64,000 nt of DNA. Source: Eledone cirrhosa. Taxonomy: Eukaryota. The position numbers and the translations under genes are program-made. This document shows, one piece after another, positions 1 through 12,600 of the stretch. The notes beneath the pieces were generated by a model that was not told the DNA's origin, did not search any database, and saw only the letters and a list, made by a program, of their open reading frames with translations. The stretch lies in contig OZ024743.1 in NCBI GenBank assembly GCA_964016885.1, positions 135,904,001 through 135,968,000 on the forward strand. Direction: 5' to 3'. How positions within the stretch are numbered: the first letter of the stretch is position 1; every line of letters begins with the position of its first letter.

Positions 1-3000
1 TTTGGTGCTTGGTGCTTGGTGTTTGGTGTTTGTTGTTTGGTGCTTGGTGTCTGGTGCTTGGTGTTTGGTGTTTGGTGCTTGGTGTTTGGTGTTCGGTGTT
101 TTGGTGCTTTGTGCTTGGTGTTTGGTGTTCGGTGTTTGGTGCTTGGTGTTTGGTGTTTGGTGCTTTTTGCTTGGTGCTTGGTGCTTGGTGTTTGGTGCTT
201 GGTGTTTGGTGCTGGGTGCTTGGTGCTTGGTGTTTGGTGTTTGGTGCTTGGTGCTTGGTGTTTGGTGTTTGGTGTTATATGCTTGGTGTTTGATGCTTGG
301 TGCTTGTTGCTTGGTGTTTGGTGTTTGGCGTTTGATGATTGGTGCTTGGTGCTTGGTGTTTGGTGCTTGGTGCTTGGTGTTTGTACTTGGTGCTTGGTGC
401 TTGGTGCTTGGTGTTTGGTGCTTGGTGTTTGGTGCTTGGTGCTTGGTGCTTGGTGCTTGGTGTTTGGTGGTTGGTGTTTGGTGCTTGGTGTTAGGTGTTT
501 GGTGCTTGGTGCTTGGTGTTTGGTGTTTGGTGCTTGGTGTTTGGTGTTTGGTGCTTGGTGTTTGGTGCTTGGTACTTGGTGCTTGGTGCTAGGTGTTTGG
601 TGCTTGGAGCATGGTGCTTGGTGTTTGGTGCTTGGTGCTTGGTGCTTGGTGCTTGGTGTTTGGTGGTTGGTGTTTGGTGCTTGGTGTTTGGTGTTTGGTG
701 CTTGGTGTTTGGTGCTTTTTGCTTGGTGCTTGGTGCTTGGTGTTTGGTGCTTGGTGTTTGGTGCTGGGTGCTTGGTGCTTGGTGTTTGGTGTTTGGTGCT
801 TGGTTCTTGGTGTTTGGTATTTGGTGTTATATGCTTGATGTTTGATCCTTGGTGCTTGGTGCTTGGTGTTTGGTGTTTGGTGCTTGGTGTTTGATGCTTG
901 GTGCTTGGTGCTTGGTGTTTGGTGCTTGGTGCTTGGTGTTTGGTGCTTGGTGCTTGGTGCTTGCTGTTTGGTGCTTGGTGTTTGGTGCTTGGTGCTTGGT
1001 GCTTGGTGCTTGCTGTTTGGTGGTTGGTGCTTGGTGCTTGGTGTTAGGTGTTTGGTGCTTGGTGCTTGGTGTTTGGTGTTTGGTGCTTGGTGTTTGGTGT
1101 TTGGTGCTTGGTGTTTGGTGCTTGGTACTTGGTGCTTGGTGCTTGGTGTTAGGTGTTTGGTGCTTGGTGCTTGGTGTCTGGTTTTTGGTGCTTGGTGCTT
1201 GGTGTTTGGTGTTTGGTGCTTGCTGCTGGCTGCTTGGTGTTTGGTGCTTGGTGATTGCTGCTTGGTGTTTGGTGCTTGGTGTTTGGTGTTTGGTGCTAGG
1301 TGCTTGGTGTTTGGTGCTTGCTGCTTGGTGTTTGTACTTGGTGCTTGGTGCTTGGTTCTTGGTGTTTGGTGCTTGGTGCTTGGTGTTTGGTGCTTGGTGC
1401 TTGGTGTTTGGTGCTTGGTGATTGGTGCTTGGTGCTTGGTGCTTGGTGCTTTGTGTTTGGTGCTTGGTGTTTGGTGCTTGGTGTTAGGTGTTTGTTGCTT
1501 GGTGCTTGGTCTTTGGTGTTTGGTGCTGGGTGTTTGGTGTTTGGTGTTATATGCTTGGTGTTTGATGCTTGGTGCTTGGTGCTTGGTGTTTGGTGCTTGG
1601 TGCTTGGTGTTTGTACTTGGTGCTTGGTGCTTGGTGCTTGGTGTTTGGTGATTGGTGCTTGGTGTTTGGTGCTTGGTGCTTAGTGTTTGGTGCTTGGTGT
1701 TTGGTGCTTGGTGTTTGGTGCTTGGTGCTTGGTGCTTGGTGCTTGGTGTTTGGTGCTTGGTGTTTGGTGCTTGGTGTTTGGTGCTTGGTGCTTGGTGCTT
1801 GGTGTTTAGTGTTTGGTGGTTGGTGTTTGGTGTTTGGTGTTAGGTGTTTGGTGCTTGGTGTTTGGTGTTTGGTGCTTGGTGTTTGGTGCTTGGTGCTTGG
1901 TGTTTGGTGTTTGGTGCTTGGTGTTTGGTGCTTGGTACTTGGTGCTTGGTGCTTGGTGTTAGGTGTTTGGTGCTTGGTGCTTGGTGTTTGGTTTTTGGTG
2001 CTTGGTGTTTGGTGTTTGGTGCTTGCTGCTGGCTGTTTGGTGTTTGATGCTTGGTGATTGGTGCTTGGTGTTTGGTGCTTGGTGTTTGGTGTTTGGTGCT
2101 AGGTGCTTGGTGTTTGGTGCTTGGTGCTGGGTGGTTGGTGTTTAGTGTTTGGTGTTTGGTGCTGGGTGCTTGGTGTTTGCTGCTTGGTGCTTGGTCTTTG
2201 GTGCTTGGTGTTTGGTGTTTGGTGCTTGGTGCTTGGTGCTTGGTGTTTGGTGCTTGGTGCTTGGTGTTTGGTGCTTGGTGTTTAGTGTTTGGTGCTTGGT
2301 GCTTAGTGTTTGGTGCTAGGTGCTTGGTGTTTGGTGCTTGGTGTTTAGGTGCCTGGTGCTTGGTGTTTGGTGTTTGGTGTTTGGTGCTTGGTGCTTGGTG
2401 TTTGGTGTTTGCTGTTTGCTGTTTGGTGTTTGTTGTTTGGTGTTTGTTGTTTGGTGTTTGCTGTTTGGTGTTTAGTGTTTGCTGTATGTTGTTTGCTGTT
2501 TGGTGTTTGGTGTTTGGTGTTTGGTGTTTGGTGCTTGTTCCTTGGTGTTTGGTGCTTGGTGTTTGGTGCCTGGTGCTTGGTGCTTGGTGCTTGGTGTTTG
2601 GTGCTTGGTGCTTGGTGTTTGTACTTGGTGCTTGGTGCTCGGTTCTTGGTGTTTGGTGCTTGGTGCTTGGTGTTTGGTGCTTGGTGCTTGGTGTTTGGTG
2701 CTTGGTGTTTGGTGCTTGGTGTTTGGTGCTTGGTGCTTGGTGCTTGGTGTTTGGTGCTTGGTGTTTGGTGCTTGGTGTTAGGTGTTTGGTGCTTGGTGCT
2801 TGGTGTTTGGTGCTTGGTGTTTGGTGCTTGGTGTTTGGTGTTAGGTGTTTGATGCTTGGTGTTTGGTGTTTGGTGCTTGGTGTTTGGTGCTTGGTGCTTG
2901 GTGTTTGGTGTTTGGTGCTTGGTGTTTGGTGCTTGGTACTTGGTGCTTGGTGCTTGGTGTTAGGTGTTTGGTGCTTGGTGATTGGTTTTTGGTGCTTGGT

Positions 3001-6000
3001 GCTTGGTGTTTGGTGTTTGGTGCTTGCTGCTGGCTGCTTGGTGTTTGATGCTTGGTGATTGGTGCTTGGTGTTTGGTGCTTGGTGTTTGGTGTTTGGTGC
3101 TAGGTGCTTGGTGTTAGGTGTTTGGTGCTTGGTGCTTGGTGTTTGGTGTTTGTTGCTTGGTGTTTGGTGTTTGGTGTTTGGTGCTTGGTGTTTGGTGTTT
3201 GGTGCTTGGTGTTTGGTGCTTGGTATTTGGTACTTGGTGCTTGGTGTTAGGTGTTTGGTGCTTGGTGCTTGGTGTTTGGTTTTTGGTGCTTGGTGCTTGG
3301 TGCTTGGTGTTTGGTGCTTGGTGATTGGTGCTTGGTGTTTGGTGCTAGGTGCTTGGTGCTTGGTGTTTGGTGCTTGGTGCTTGGTGTTTGGTGCTTGGTG
3401 CTTGGTGTTTGGTGCTTGGTGCTTGGTGCTTGGTGTTTGGTGCTTGGTGCTTGGTGTTTAGTGCTTGGTGCTTAGTGTTTGGTGCTAGGTGCTTGGGGTT
3501 TGGTTCTTGGTTCTTGGTGTTAGGTATTTGCTGTTTGCTGTTTGGTGTTTGTTGTTTGGTGTTTGTTGTTTGGTGTTTGCTGTTTGGTGTTTGGTGTTTG
3601 CTGTTTCGTGTCTGCTTTTTGGTGTTTGGTGTTTGCTGTATGTTGTTTGGTGTTTGGTGTTTGGTGTTTGGTGTTTGGTGCTTGGTGCTTGGTGCTTGGT
3701 GCTTGCTGTTTGGTGCTTGGTGTTTGGTGCTTGGTGCTTGCTGTTAGGTGTTTGGTGTTTGGTTCTTGGTGCTTGGTGTTTGGTGTTTGGTGTCTGGTGC
3801 TTGGTGCTTGGTGCTTGGTGTTTGGTGCCTGGTGCTTGGTGCTTGGTGTTTGGTGTTTGATGCTTGGTGCTTGGTGCTTGGTGCTTGGTGTTTTGTGTTT
3901 GGTGTTTGGTGTTTGGTGCTTGGTGTTTGGTGCTTGGTACTTGGTGCTTGGTGCTTGGTGTTAGGTGTTTGGTGCTTGGTGATTGGTTTTTGGTGCTTGG
4001 TGCTTGGTGTTTGGTGTTTGGTGCTTGCTGCTGGCTGCTTGGTGTTTGATGCTTGGTGATTGGTGCTTGGTGTTTGGTGCTTGGTGTTTGGTGTTTGGTG
4101 CTAGGTGCTTGGTGTTAGGTGTTTGGTGCTTGGTGCTTGGTGTTTGGTGTTTGGTGCTTGGTGTTTGGTGTTTGGTGTTTGGTGCTTGGTGTTTGGTGTT
4201 TGGTGCTTAGTGTTTGGTGCTTGGTATTTGGTACTTGGTGCTTGGTGTTAGGTGTTTGGTGCTTGGTGCTTGGTGTTTGGTTTTTGGTGCTTGGTGCTTG
4301 GTGTTTGGTGTTTGGTGCTTGCTGCTGGCTGCTTGGTGTTTGGTGCTTGGTGATTGGTGCTTGGTGTTTGGTGCTAGGTGCTTGGTGCTTGGTGTTTGGT
4401 GCTTGGTGCTTGGTGTTTGGTGCTTGGTGCTTGGTGTTTGGTGCTTGGTGCTGGGTGGTTGGTGTTTGGTGCTTGGTGTTTGGTGCTTGGTGCTTGGTCT
4501 TTGGGGCTTGGTGTTTGGTGTTTGGTGCTTGGTGCTTGGTGCTTGGTGTTTGGTGCTTGGTGCTTGGTGTTTAGTGCTTGGTGCTTAGTGTTTGGTGCTA
4601 GGTGCTTGGGGTTTGGTTCTTGGTTCTTGGTGTTAGGTATTTGCTGTTTGCTGTTTGGTGTTTGTTGTTTGGTGTTTGTTGTTTGGTGTTTGCTGTTTGG
4701 TGTTTGGTGTTTGCTGTTTCGTGTCTGCTTTTTGGTGTTTGGTGTTTGCTGTATGTTGTTTGGTGTTTGGTGTTTGGTGTTTGGTGTTTGGTGCTTGGTG
4801 CTTGGTGCTTGGTGTTTGGTGCTTGGTGCTTGGTGTTTGGTGCCTGGTGCTTGGTGCTTGGTGTTTGGTGTTTGATGCTTGGTGCTTGGTGCTTGGTGCT
4901 TGGTGTTTTGTGTTTGGGGTTTGGTTTTTGGTGCTTGGTGCTTGGTGCTTGGTCCTTGGTGTTTGGTGCTGGGTGCTTTGTGTTTGGTGCTTGGTGTTTG
5001 GTGTTTGCTGCTTGGTGTTTGATGCTTGGTGCTTGGTGCTTGGTGTTTTGTGTTTGGTGCTTGGTGCTTGGTGTTTGGTGCTTGGTGCTTGGTGTTTGTA
5101 CTTGGTGCTTGGTGCTTGGTGTTTGGTTCTTGGTTCTTGGTGTTTGGTACTTGGTGCTTGGTGCTTGGTGCTTGGTGTTTCGTGTTTGGTGCTTGGTGTT
5201 TGGTGCTTGGTGCTTGGTGCTTGGTGCTTGGTGCTTGGTGTTTGGTGCTTGGTGTTTGGTGTTTGCTGTTTGGTGTTTGATGTTTGGTGTTTGGTGTTTG
5301 CTGTTTGGTGTCTGCATTTTGGTGTTTAGTGTTTGCTGTATGGTGTTTGCTGTTTCGTGTTTGGTGTTTGTTGTTTGGAGTTTGGTCTTTGGTGCTTGGT
5401 GTTTGGTGCTTGGTGCTTGGTGCTTGGTGTTTGGTGTTTGGTGCTTGGTGCTTGGTGTTTGGTGTTTGTTGTTTGGTCCTTGGTGTCTGGTGCTTGGTGT
5501 TTGGTGTTTGGTGCTTGGTGTTTGGTGTTCGGTGTTTGGTGCTTTGTGCTTGGTGTTTGGTGTTCGGTGTTTGGTGCTTGGTGTTTGGTGTTTGGTGCTT
5601 TTTGCTTGGTGCTTGGTGCTTGGTGTTTGGTGCTTGGTGTTTGGTGCTGGGTGCTTGGTGCTTGGTGTTTGGTGTTTGGTGCTTGGTGCTTGGTGTTTGG
5701 TGTTTGGTGTTATATGCTTGGTGTTTGATGCTTGGTGCTTGTTGCTTGGTGTTTGGTGTTTGGCGTTTGATGATTGGTGCTTGGTGCTTGGTGTTTGGTG
5801 CTTGGTGCTTGGTGTTTGTACTTGGTGCTTGGTGCTTGGTGCTTGGTGTTTGGTGCTTGGTGTTTGGTGCTTGGTGCTTGGTGCTTGGTGCTTGGTGTTT
5901 GGTGGTTGGTGTTTGATGCTTGGTGTTAGGTGTTTGGTGCTTGGTGCTTGGTGTTTGGTGTTTGGTGCTTGGTGTTTGGTGTTTGGTGCTTGGTGTTTGG

Positions 6001-9000
6001 TGCTTGGTACTTGGTGCTTGGTGCTACGTGTTTGGTGCTTGGAGCATGGTGCTTGGTGTTTGGTGCTTGGTGCTTGGTGCTTGGTGCTTGGTGTTTGGTG
6101 GTTGGTGTTTGGTGCTTGGTGTTAGGTGTTTGGTGCTTGGTGCTTGGTGTTTGGTGTTTGGTGCTTGGTGTTTGGTGTTTCGTGCTTGGTGTTTGGTGCT
6201 TTTTGCTTGGTGCTTGGTGCTTGGTGTTTGGTGCTTGGTGTTTGGTGCTGGGTGCTTGGTGCTTGGTGTTTGGTGTTTGGTGCTTGGTTCTTGGTGTTTG
6301 GTATTTGGTGTTATATGCTTGATGTTTGATCCTTGGTGCTTGGTGCTTGGTGTTTGGTTTTTGGTGCTTGGTGTTTGATGCTTGGTGCTTGGTGCTTGGT
6401 GTTTGGTGCTTGGTGCTTGGTGTTTGGTGCTTGGTGCTTGGTGCTTGCTGTTTGGTGCTTGGTGTTTGGTGCTTGGTGCTTGGTGCTTGGTGCTTGCTGT
6501 TTGGTGGTTGGTGCTTGGTGCTTGGTGTTAGGTGTTTGGTGCTTGGTGCTTGGTGTTTGGTATTTGGTGCTTGGTGTTTGGTGTTTGGTGCTTGGTGTTT
6601 GGTGCTTGGTACTTGGTGCTTGGTGCTTGGTGTTAGGTGTTTGGTGCTTGGTGCTTGGTGTCTGGTTTTTGGTGCTTGGTGCTTGGTGTTTGGTGTTTGG
6701 TGCTTGCTGCTGGCTGCTTGGTGTTTGGTGCTTGGTGATTGCTGCTTGGTGTTTGGTGCTTGGTGTTTGGTGTTTGGTGCTAGGTGCTTGGTGTTTGGTG
6801 CTTGCTGCTTGGTGTTTGTACTTGGTGCTTGGTGCTTGGTTCTTGGTGTTTGGTGCTTGGTGCTTGGTGTTTGGTGCTTGGTGCTTGGTGTTTGGTGCTT
6901 GGTGATTGGTGCTTGGTGCTTGGTGCTTGGTGCTTGGTGTTTGGTGCTTGGTGTTTGGTGCTTGGTGTTAGGTGTTTGTTGCTTGGTGCTTGGTCTTTGG
7001 TGTTTGGTGCTGGGTGTTTGGTGTTTGGTGTTATATGCTTGGTGTTTGATGCTTGGTGCTTGGTGCTTGGTGTTTGGTGCTTGGTGCTTGGTGTTTGTAC
7101 TTGGTCTTTGGTGCTTGGTGCTTGGTGTTTGGTGATTGGTGCTTGGTGTTTGGTGCTTGGTGCTTAGTGTTTGGTGCTTGGTGTTTGGTGCTTGGTGTTT
7201 GGTGCTTGGTGCTTGGTGCTTGGTGCTTGGTGTTTGGTGCTTGGTGTTTGGTGCTTGGTGTTTGGTGCTTGGTGCTTGGTGCTTGGTGTTTAGTGTTTGG
7301 TGGTTGGTGTTTGGTGTTTGGTGTTAGGTGTTTGGTACTTGGTGTTTGGTGTTTGGTGCTTGGTGTTTGGTGCTTGGTGCTTGGTGTTTGGTGTTTGGTG
7401 CTTGGTGTTTGGTGCTTGGTACTTGGTGCTTGGTGCTTGGTGTTAGGTGTTTGGTGCTTGGTGCTTGGTGTTTGGTTTTTGGTGCTTGGTGTTTGGTGTT
7501 TGGTGCTTGCTGCTGGCTGTTTGGTGTTTGATGCTTGGTGATTGGTGCTTGGTGTTTGGTGCTTGGTGTTTGTTGTTTGGTGCTAGGTGCTTGGTGTTTG
7601 GTGCTTGGTGCTGGGTGGTTGGTGTTTAGTGTTTGGTGTTTGGTGCTGGGTGCTTGGTGTTTGCTGCTTGGTGCTTGGTCTTTGGTGCTTGGTGTTTGGT
7701 GTTTGGTGCTTGGTGCTTGGTGCTTGGTGTTTGGTGCTTGGTGCTTGGTGTTTGGTGCTTGGTGTTTAGTGTTTGGTGCTTGGTGCTTAGTGTTTGGTGC
7801 TAGGTGCTTGGTGTTTGGTGCTTGGTGTTTAGGTGCCTGGTGCTTGGTGTTTGGTGTTTGGTGTTTGGTGCTTGGTGCTTGGTGTTTGGTGTTTGCTGTT
7901 TGCTGTTTGGTGTTTGTTGTTTGGTGTTTGTTGTTTGGTGTTTGCTGTTTGGTGTTTAGTGTTTGCTGTATGTTGTTTGCTGTTTGGTGTTTGGTGTTTG
8001 GTGTTTGGTGTTTGGTGCTTGTTCCTTGGTGTTTGGTGCTTGGTGTTTGGTGCCTGGTGCTTGGTGCTTGGTGCTTGGTGTTTGGTGCTTGGTGCTTGTT
8101 GTTTGTACTTGGTGCTTGGTGCTCGGTTCTTGGTGTTTGGTGCTTGGTGCTTGGTGTTTGGTGCTTGGTGCTTGGTGTTTGGTGCTTGGTGTTTGGTGCT
8201 TGGTGTTTGGTGCTTGGTGCTTGGTGCTTGGTGCTTGGTGTTTGGTGCTTGGTGTTTGGTGCTTGGTGTTAGGTGTTTGGTGCTTGGTGCTTGGTGTTTG
8301 GTGCTTGGTGTTTGGTGCTTGGTGTTTGGTGTTAGGTGTTTGATGCTTGGTGTTTGGTGTTTGGTGCTTGGTGTTTGGTGCTTGGTGCTTGGTGTTTGGT
8401 GTTTGGTGCTTGGTGTTTGGTGCTTGGTACTTGGAGCTTGGTGCTTGGTGTTAGGTGTTTGGTGCTTGGTGATTGGTTTTTGGTGCTTGGTGCTTGGTGT
8501 TTGGTGTTTGGTGCTTGCTGCTGGCTGCTTGGTGTTTGATGCTTGGTGATTGGTGCTTGGTGTTTGGTGCTTGGTGTTTGGTGTTTGGTGCTAGGTGCTT
8601 GGTGTTAGGTGTTTGGTGCTTGGTGCTTGGTGTTTGGTGTTTGGTGCTTGGTGTTTGGTGTTTGGTGTTTGGTGCTTGGTGTTTGGTGTTTGGTGCTTGG
8701 TGTTTGGTGCTTGGTATTTGGTACTTGGTGCTTGGTGTTAGGTGTTTGGTGCTTGGTGCTTGGTGTTTGGTTTTTGGTGCTTGGTGCTTGGTGTTTGGTG
8801 TTTGGTGCTTGCTGCTGGCTGCTTGGTGTTTGGTGCTTGGTGATTGGTGCTTGGTGTTTGGTGCTAGGTGCTTGGTGCTTGGTGTTTGGTGCTTGGTGCT
8901 TGGTGTTTGGTGCTTGGTGCTTGGTGTTTGGTGCTTGGTGCTTGGTGCTTGGTGTTTGGTGCTTGGTGCTTGGTGTTTAGTGCTTGGTGCTTAGTGTTTG

Positions 9001-12000
9001 GTGCTAGGTGCTTGGGGTTTAGTTCTTGGTTCTTGGTGTTAGGTATTTGCTGTTTGCTGTTTGGTGTTTGTTGTTTGGTGTTTGTTGTTTGGTGTTTGCT
9101 GTTTGGTGTTTGGTGTTTGCTGTTTCGTGTCTGCTTTTTGGTGTTTGGTGTTTGCTGTATGTTGTTTGGTGTTTGGTGTTTGGTGTTTGGTGTTTGGTGC
9201 TTGGTGCTTGGTGCTTGGTGCTTGCTGTTTGGTGCTTGGTGTTTGGTGCTTGGTGCTTGCTGTTAGGTGTTTGGTGTTTGGTTCTTGGTGCTTGGTGTTT
9301 GGTGTTTGGTGTCTGGTGCTTGGTGCTTGGTGCTTGGTGTTTGGTGCCTGGTGCTTGGTGCTTGGTGTTTGGTGTTTGATGCTTGGTGCTTGGTGCTTGG
9401 TGCTTGGTGTTTTGTGTTTGGTGTTTGGTTTTTGGTGCTTGGTGCTTGGTGCTTGGTCCTTGGTGTTTGGTGCTGGGTGCTTTGTGTTTGGTGCTTGGTG
9501 TTTGGTGTTTGCTGCTTGGTGTTTGATGCTTGGTGCTTGGTGCTTGGTGTTTTGTGTTTGGTGCTTGGTGCTTGGTGTTTGGTGCTTGGTGCTTGGTGTT
9601 TGTACTTGGTGCTTGGTGCTTGGTGTTTGGTTCTTGGTTCTTGGTGTTTGGTACTTGGTGCTTGGTGCTTGGTGCTTGGTATTTCGTGTTTGGTGCTTGG
9701 TGTTTGGTGCTTGGTGCTTGGTGCTTGGTGCTTGGTGTTTGGTGCTTGGTGTTTGGTGTTTGCTGTTTGGTGTTTGGTGTTTGGTGTTTGGTGTTTGCTG
9801 TTTGGTGTCTGCTTTTTGGTGTTTAGTGTTTGCTGTATGGTGTTTGCTGTTTCGTGTTTGGTGTTTGTTGTTTGGAGTTTGGTCTTTGGTGCTTGGTGTT
9901 TGGTGCTTGGTGCTTGGTGCTTGGTGTTTGGTGTTTGGTGCTTGGTGCTTGGTGTTTGGTGTTTGTTGTTTGGTGCTTGGTGTCTGGTGCTTGGTGTTTG
10001 GTGTTTGGTGCTTGGTGTTTGGTGTTCGGTGTTTGGTGCTTTGTGCTTGGTGTTTGGTGTTCGGTGTTTGGTGCTTGGTGCTTGGTGTTTGGTGTTTGGT
10101 GCTTTTTGCTTGGTGCTTGGTGCTTGGTGTTTGGTGCTTGGTGTTTGGTGCTGGGTGCTTGGTGCTTGGTGTTTGGTGTTTGGTGCTTGGTGCTTGGTGT
10201 TTGGTGTTTGGTGTTATATGCTTGGTGTTTGATGCTTGGTGCTTGGTGCTTGGTGCTTGGTGTTTGGCGTTTGATGATTGGTGCTTGGTGCTTGGTGTTT
10301 GGTGCTTGGTGCTTGGTGTTTGTACTTGGTGCTTGGTGCTAGGTGCTTGGTGTTTGGTGCTTGGTGTTTGGTGCTTGGTGCTTGGTGCTTGGTGCTTGGT
10401 GTTTGGTGGTTGGTGTTTGGTGCTTGGTGTTAGGTGTTTGGTGCTTGGTGCTTGGTGTTTGGTGTTTGGTGCTTGGTGTTTGGTGTTTGGTGCTTGGTGT
10501 TTGGTGCTTGGTACTTGGTGCTTGGTGCTAGGTGTTTGGTGCTTGGAGCATGGTGCTTGGTGTTTGGAGCTTGGTGTTTGGTGCTTGGTGCTTGGTGCTT
10601 GGTGCTTGGTGTTTGGTGGTTGGTGTTTGGTGCTTGGTGTTAGGTGTTTGGTGCTTGGTGCTTGGTGTTTGGTGTTTGGTGCTTGGTGTTTGGTGTTTGG
10701 TGCTTGGTGTTTGGTGCTTTTTGCTTGGTGCTTGGTGCTTGGTGTTTGGTGCTTGGTGTTTGGTGCTGGGTGCTTGGTGCTTGGTGTTTGGTGTTTGGTG
10801 CTTGGTGCTTGGTGTTTGGTATTTGGTGTTATATGCTTGATGTTTGATCCTTGGTGCTTGGTGCTTGGTGTTTGGTGTTTGGTGGTTGGTGTTTGATGCT
10901 TGGTGCTTGGTGCTTGGTGTTTGGTGCTTGGTGCTTGGTGTTTGGTGCTTGGTGCTTGGTGCTTGCTGTTTGGTGCTTGGTGTTTGGTGCTTGGTGCTTG
11001 GTGCTTGGTGCTTGCTGTTTGGTGGTTGGTGCTTGGTGCTTGGTGTTAGGTGTTTGGTGATTGGTGCTTGGTGTTTGGTGTTTGGTGCTTGGTGTTTGGT
11101 GTTTGGTGCTTGGTGTTTGGTGCTTGGTACGTGGTGCTTGGTGCTTGGTGTTAGGTGTTTGGTGCTTCGTGCTTGGTGTCTGCTTTTTGGTGCTTGGTGC
11201 TTGGTGTTTGGTGTTTGGTGCTTGCTGCTGGCTGCTTGGTGTTTGGTGCTTGGTGATTGCTGCTTGGTGTTTGGTGCTTGGTGTTTGGTGTTTGGTGCTA
11301 GGTGCTTGGTGTTTGGTGCTTGCTGCTTGGTGTTTGTACTTGGTGCTTGGTGCTTGGTTCTTGGTGTTCGGTGCTTGGTGCTTGGTGTTTGGTCCTTGGT
11401 GCTTGGTGTTTGGTGCTTGGTGATTGGTGCTTGGTGCTTGGTGCTTGGTGCTTGGTGTTTGGTGCTTGGTGTTTGGTGCTTGGTGTTAGGTGTTTGTTGC
11501 TTGGTGCTTGGTCTTTGGTGTTTGGTGCTTGGTGTTTGGTGTTTGGTGTTATATGCTTGGTGTTTGATGCTTGGTGCTTGGTGCTTGGTGTTTGGTGCTT
11601 GGTGTTTGATGCTTGGTGCTTGGTGCTTGGTGTTTGGTGCTTGGTGCTTGGTGTTTGTACTTGGTGCTTGGTGCTTGGTTCTTGGTGTTTGGTGCTTGGT
11701 GGTTGGTGTTTGGTGCTTGGTGCTTGGTGTTTGGTGCTTGGTGTTTGGTGCTTGGTGTTTGGTGCTTGGTGCTTGGTGCTTGGTGCTTGGTGTTTGGTGC
11801 TTGGTGTTTGGTGCTTGGTGTTTGGTGCTTGGTGCTTGGTGCTTGGTGTTTGGTGTTTGGTGGTTGGTGTTTGGTGTTTGGTGTTAGGTGTTTGGTGCTT
11901 GGTGTTTGGTGTTTGGTGCTTGGTGTTTGGTGCTTGGTGCTTGGTGTTTGGTGTTTGGTGCTTGGTGTTTGGTGCTTGGTACTTGGTGCTTGGTGCTTGG

Positions 12001-12600
12001 TGTTAGGTGTTTGGTGCTTGGTGCTTGGTGTTTGGTTTTTGGTGCTTGGTGTTTGGTGTTTGGTGCTTGCTGCTGGCTGCTTGGTGTTTGATGCTTGGTG
12101 ATTGGTGCTTGGTGTTTGGTGCTTGGTGTCTGGTGTTTGGTGCTAGGTGCTTGGTGTTTGGTGCTTGGTGCTGGGTGGTTGGTGTTTAGTGTTTGGTGTT
12201 TGGTGCTGGGTGCTTGGTGTTTGCTGCTTGGTGCTTGGTCTTTGGTGCTTGGTGTTTGGTGTTTGGTGCTTGGTGCTTGGTGCTTGGTGTTTGGTGCTTG
12301 GTGCTTGGTGTTTGGTGCTTGGTGTTTAGTGTTTGGTGCTTGGTGCTTAGTGTTTGGTGCTAGGTGCTTGGTGTTTGGTGCTTGGTGTTTGGTGCTTGGT
12401 GCTTGGTGTTTGGTGTTTGCTGTTTGCTGTTTGGTGTTTGTTGTTTGGTGTTTGTTGTTTGGTGTTTGCTGTTTGGTGTTTGGTGTTTGCTTTTTGGTGT
12501 TTAGTGTTTGCTGTATGTTGTTTGCTGTTTGGTGTTTGGTGTTTGGTGTTTGGTGTTTGGTGCTTGTTCCTTGGTGTTTGGTGCTTGGTGTTTGGTGCCT
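1..12600 (+). repeat. Higher-order domain A: three tandem copies of a 4.5-5.4 kb block (about 1-5436, 5437-9933, and 9934-12600 partial)
   Basis: Private markers recur in the same order: TTGGAGC-ATGGTGC at about 604, 6039 and 10543, and GATC at 844, 6328 and 10846. ORF twins 842/6326/10844 and 2051/7535/12095 give offsets of 5484 and 4518-4560. Confidence 0.9.
2900..4900 (+). repeat. Internal tandem duplication of about 1.0-1.1 kb within the first domain-A copy
   Basis: ORF twins 2982/3983 (offset 1001 = 143x7) and 3489/4602 (offset 1113 = 159x7). The marker TTGGGGT-TTGGTTC occurs at about 3493 and 4606 but only once, as a variant at about 9012, in the second A copy. Confidence 0.8.
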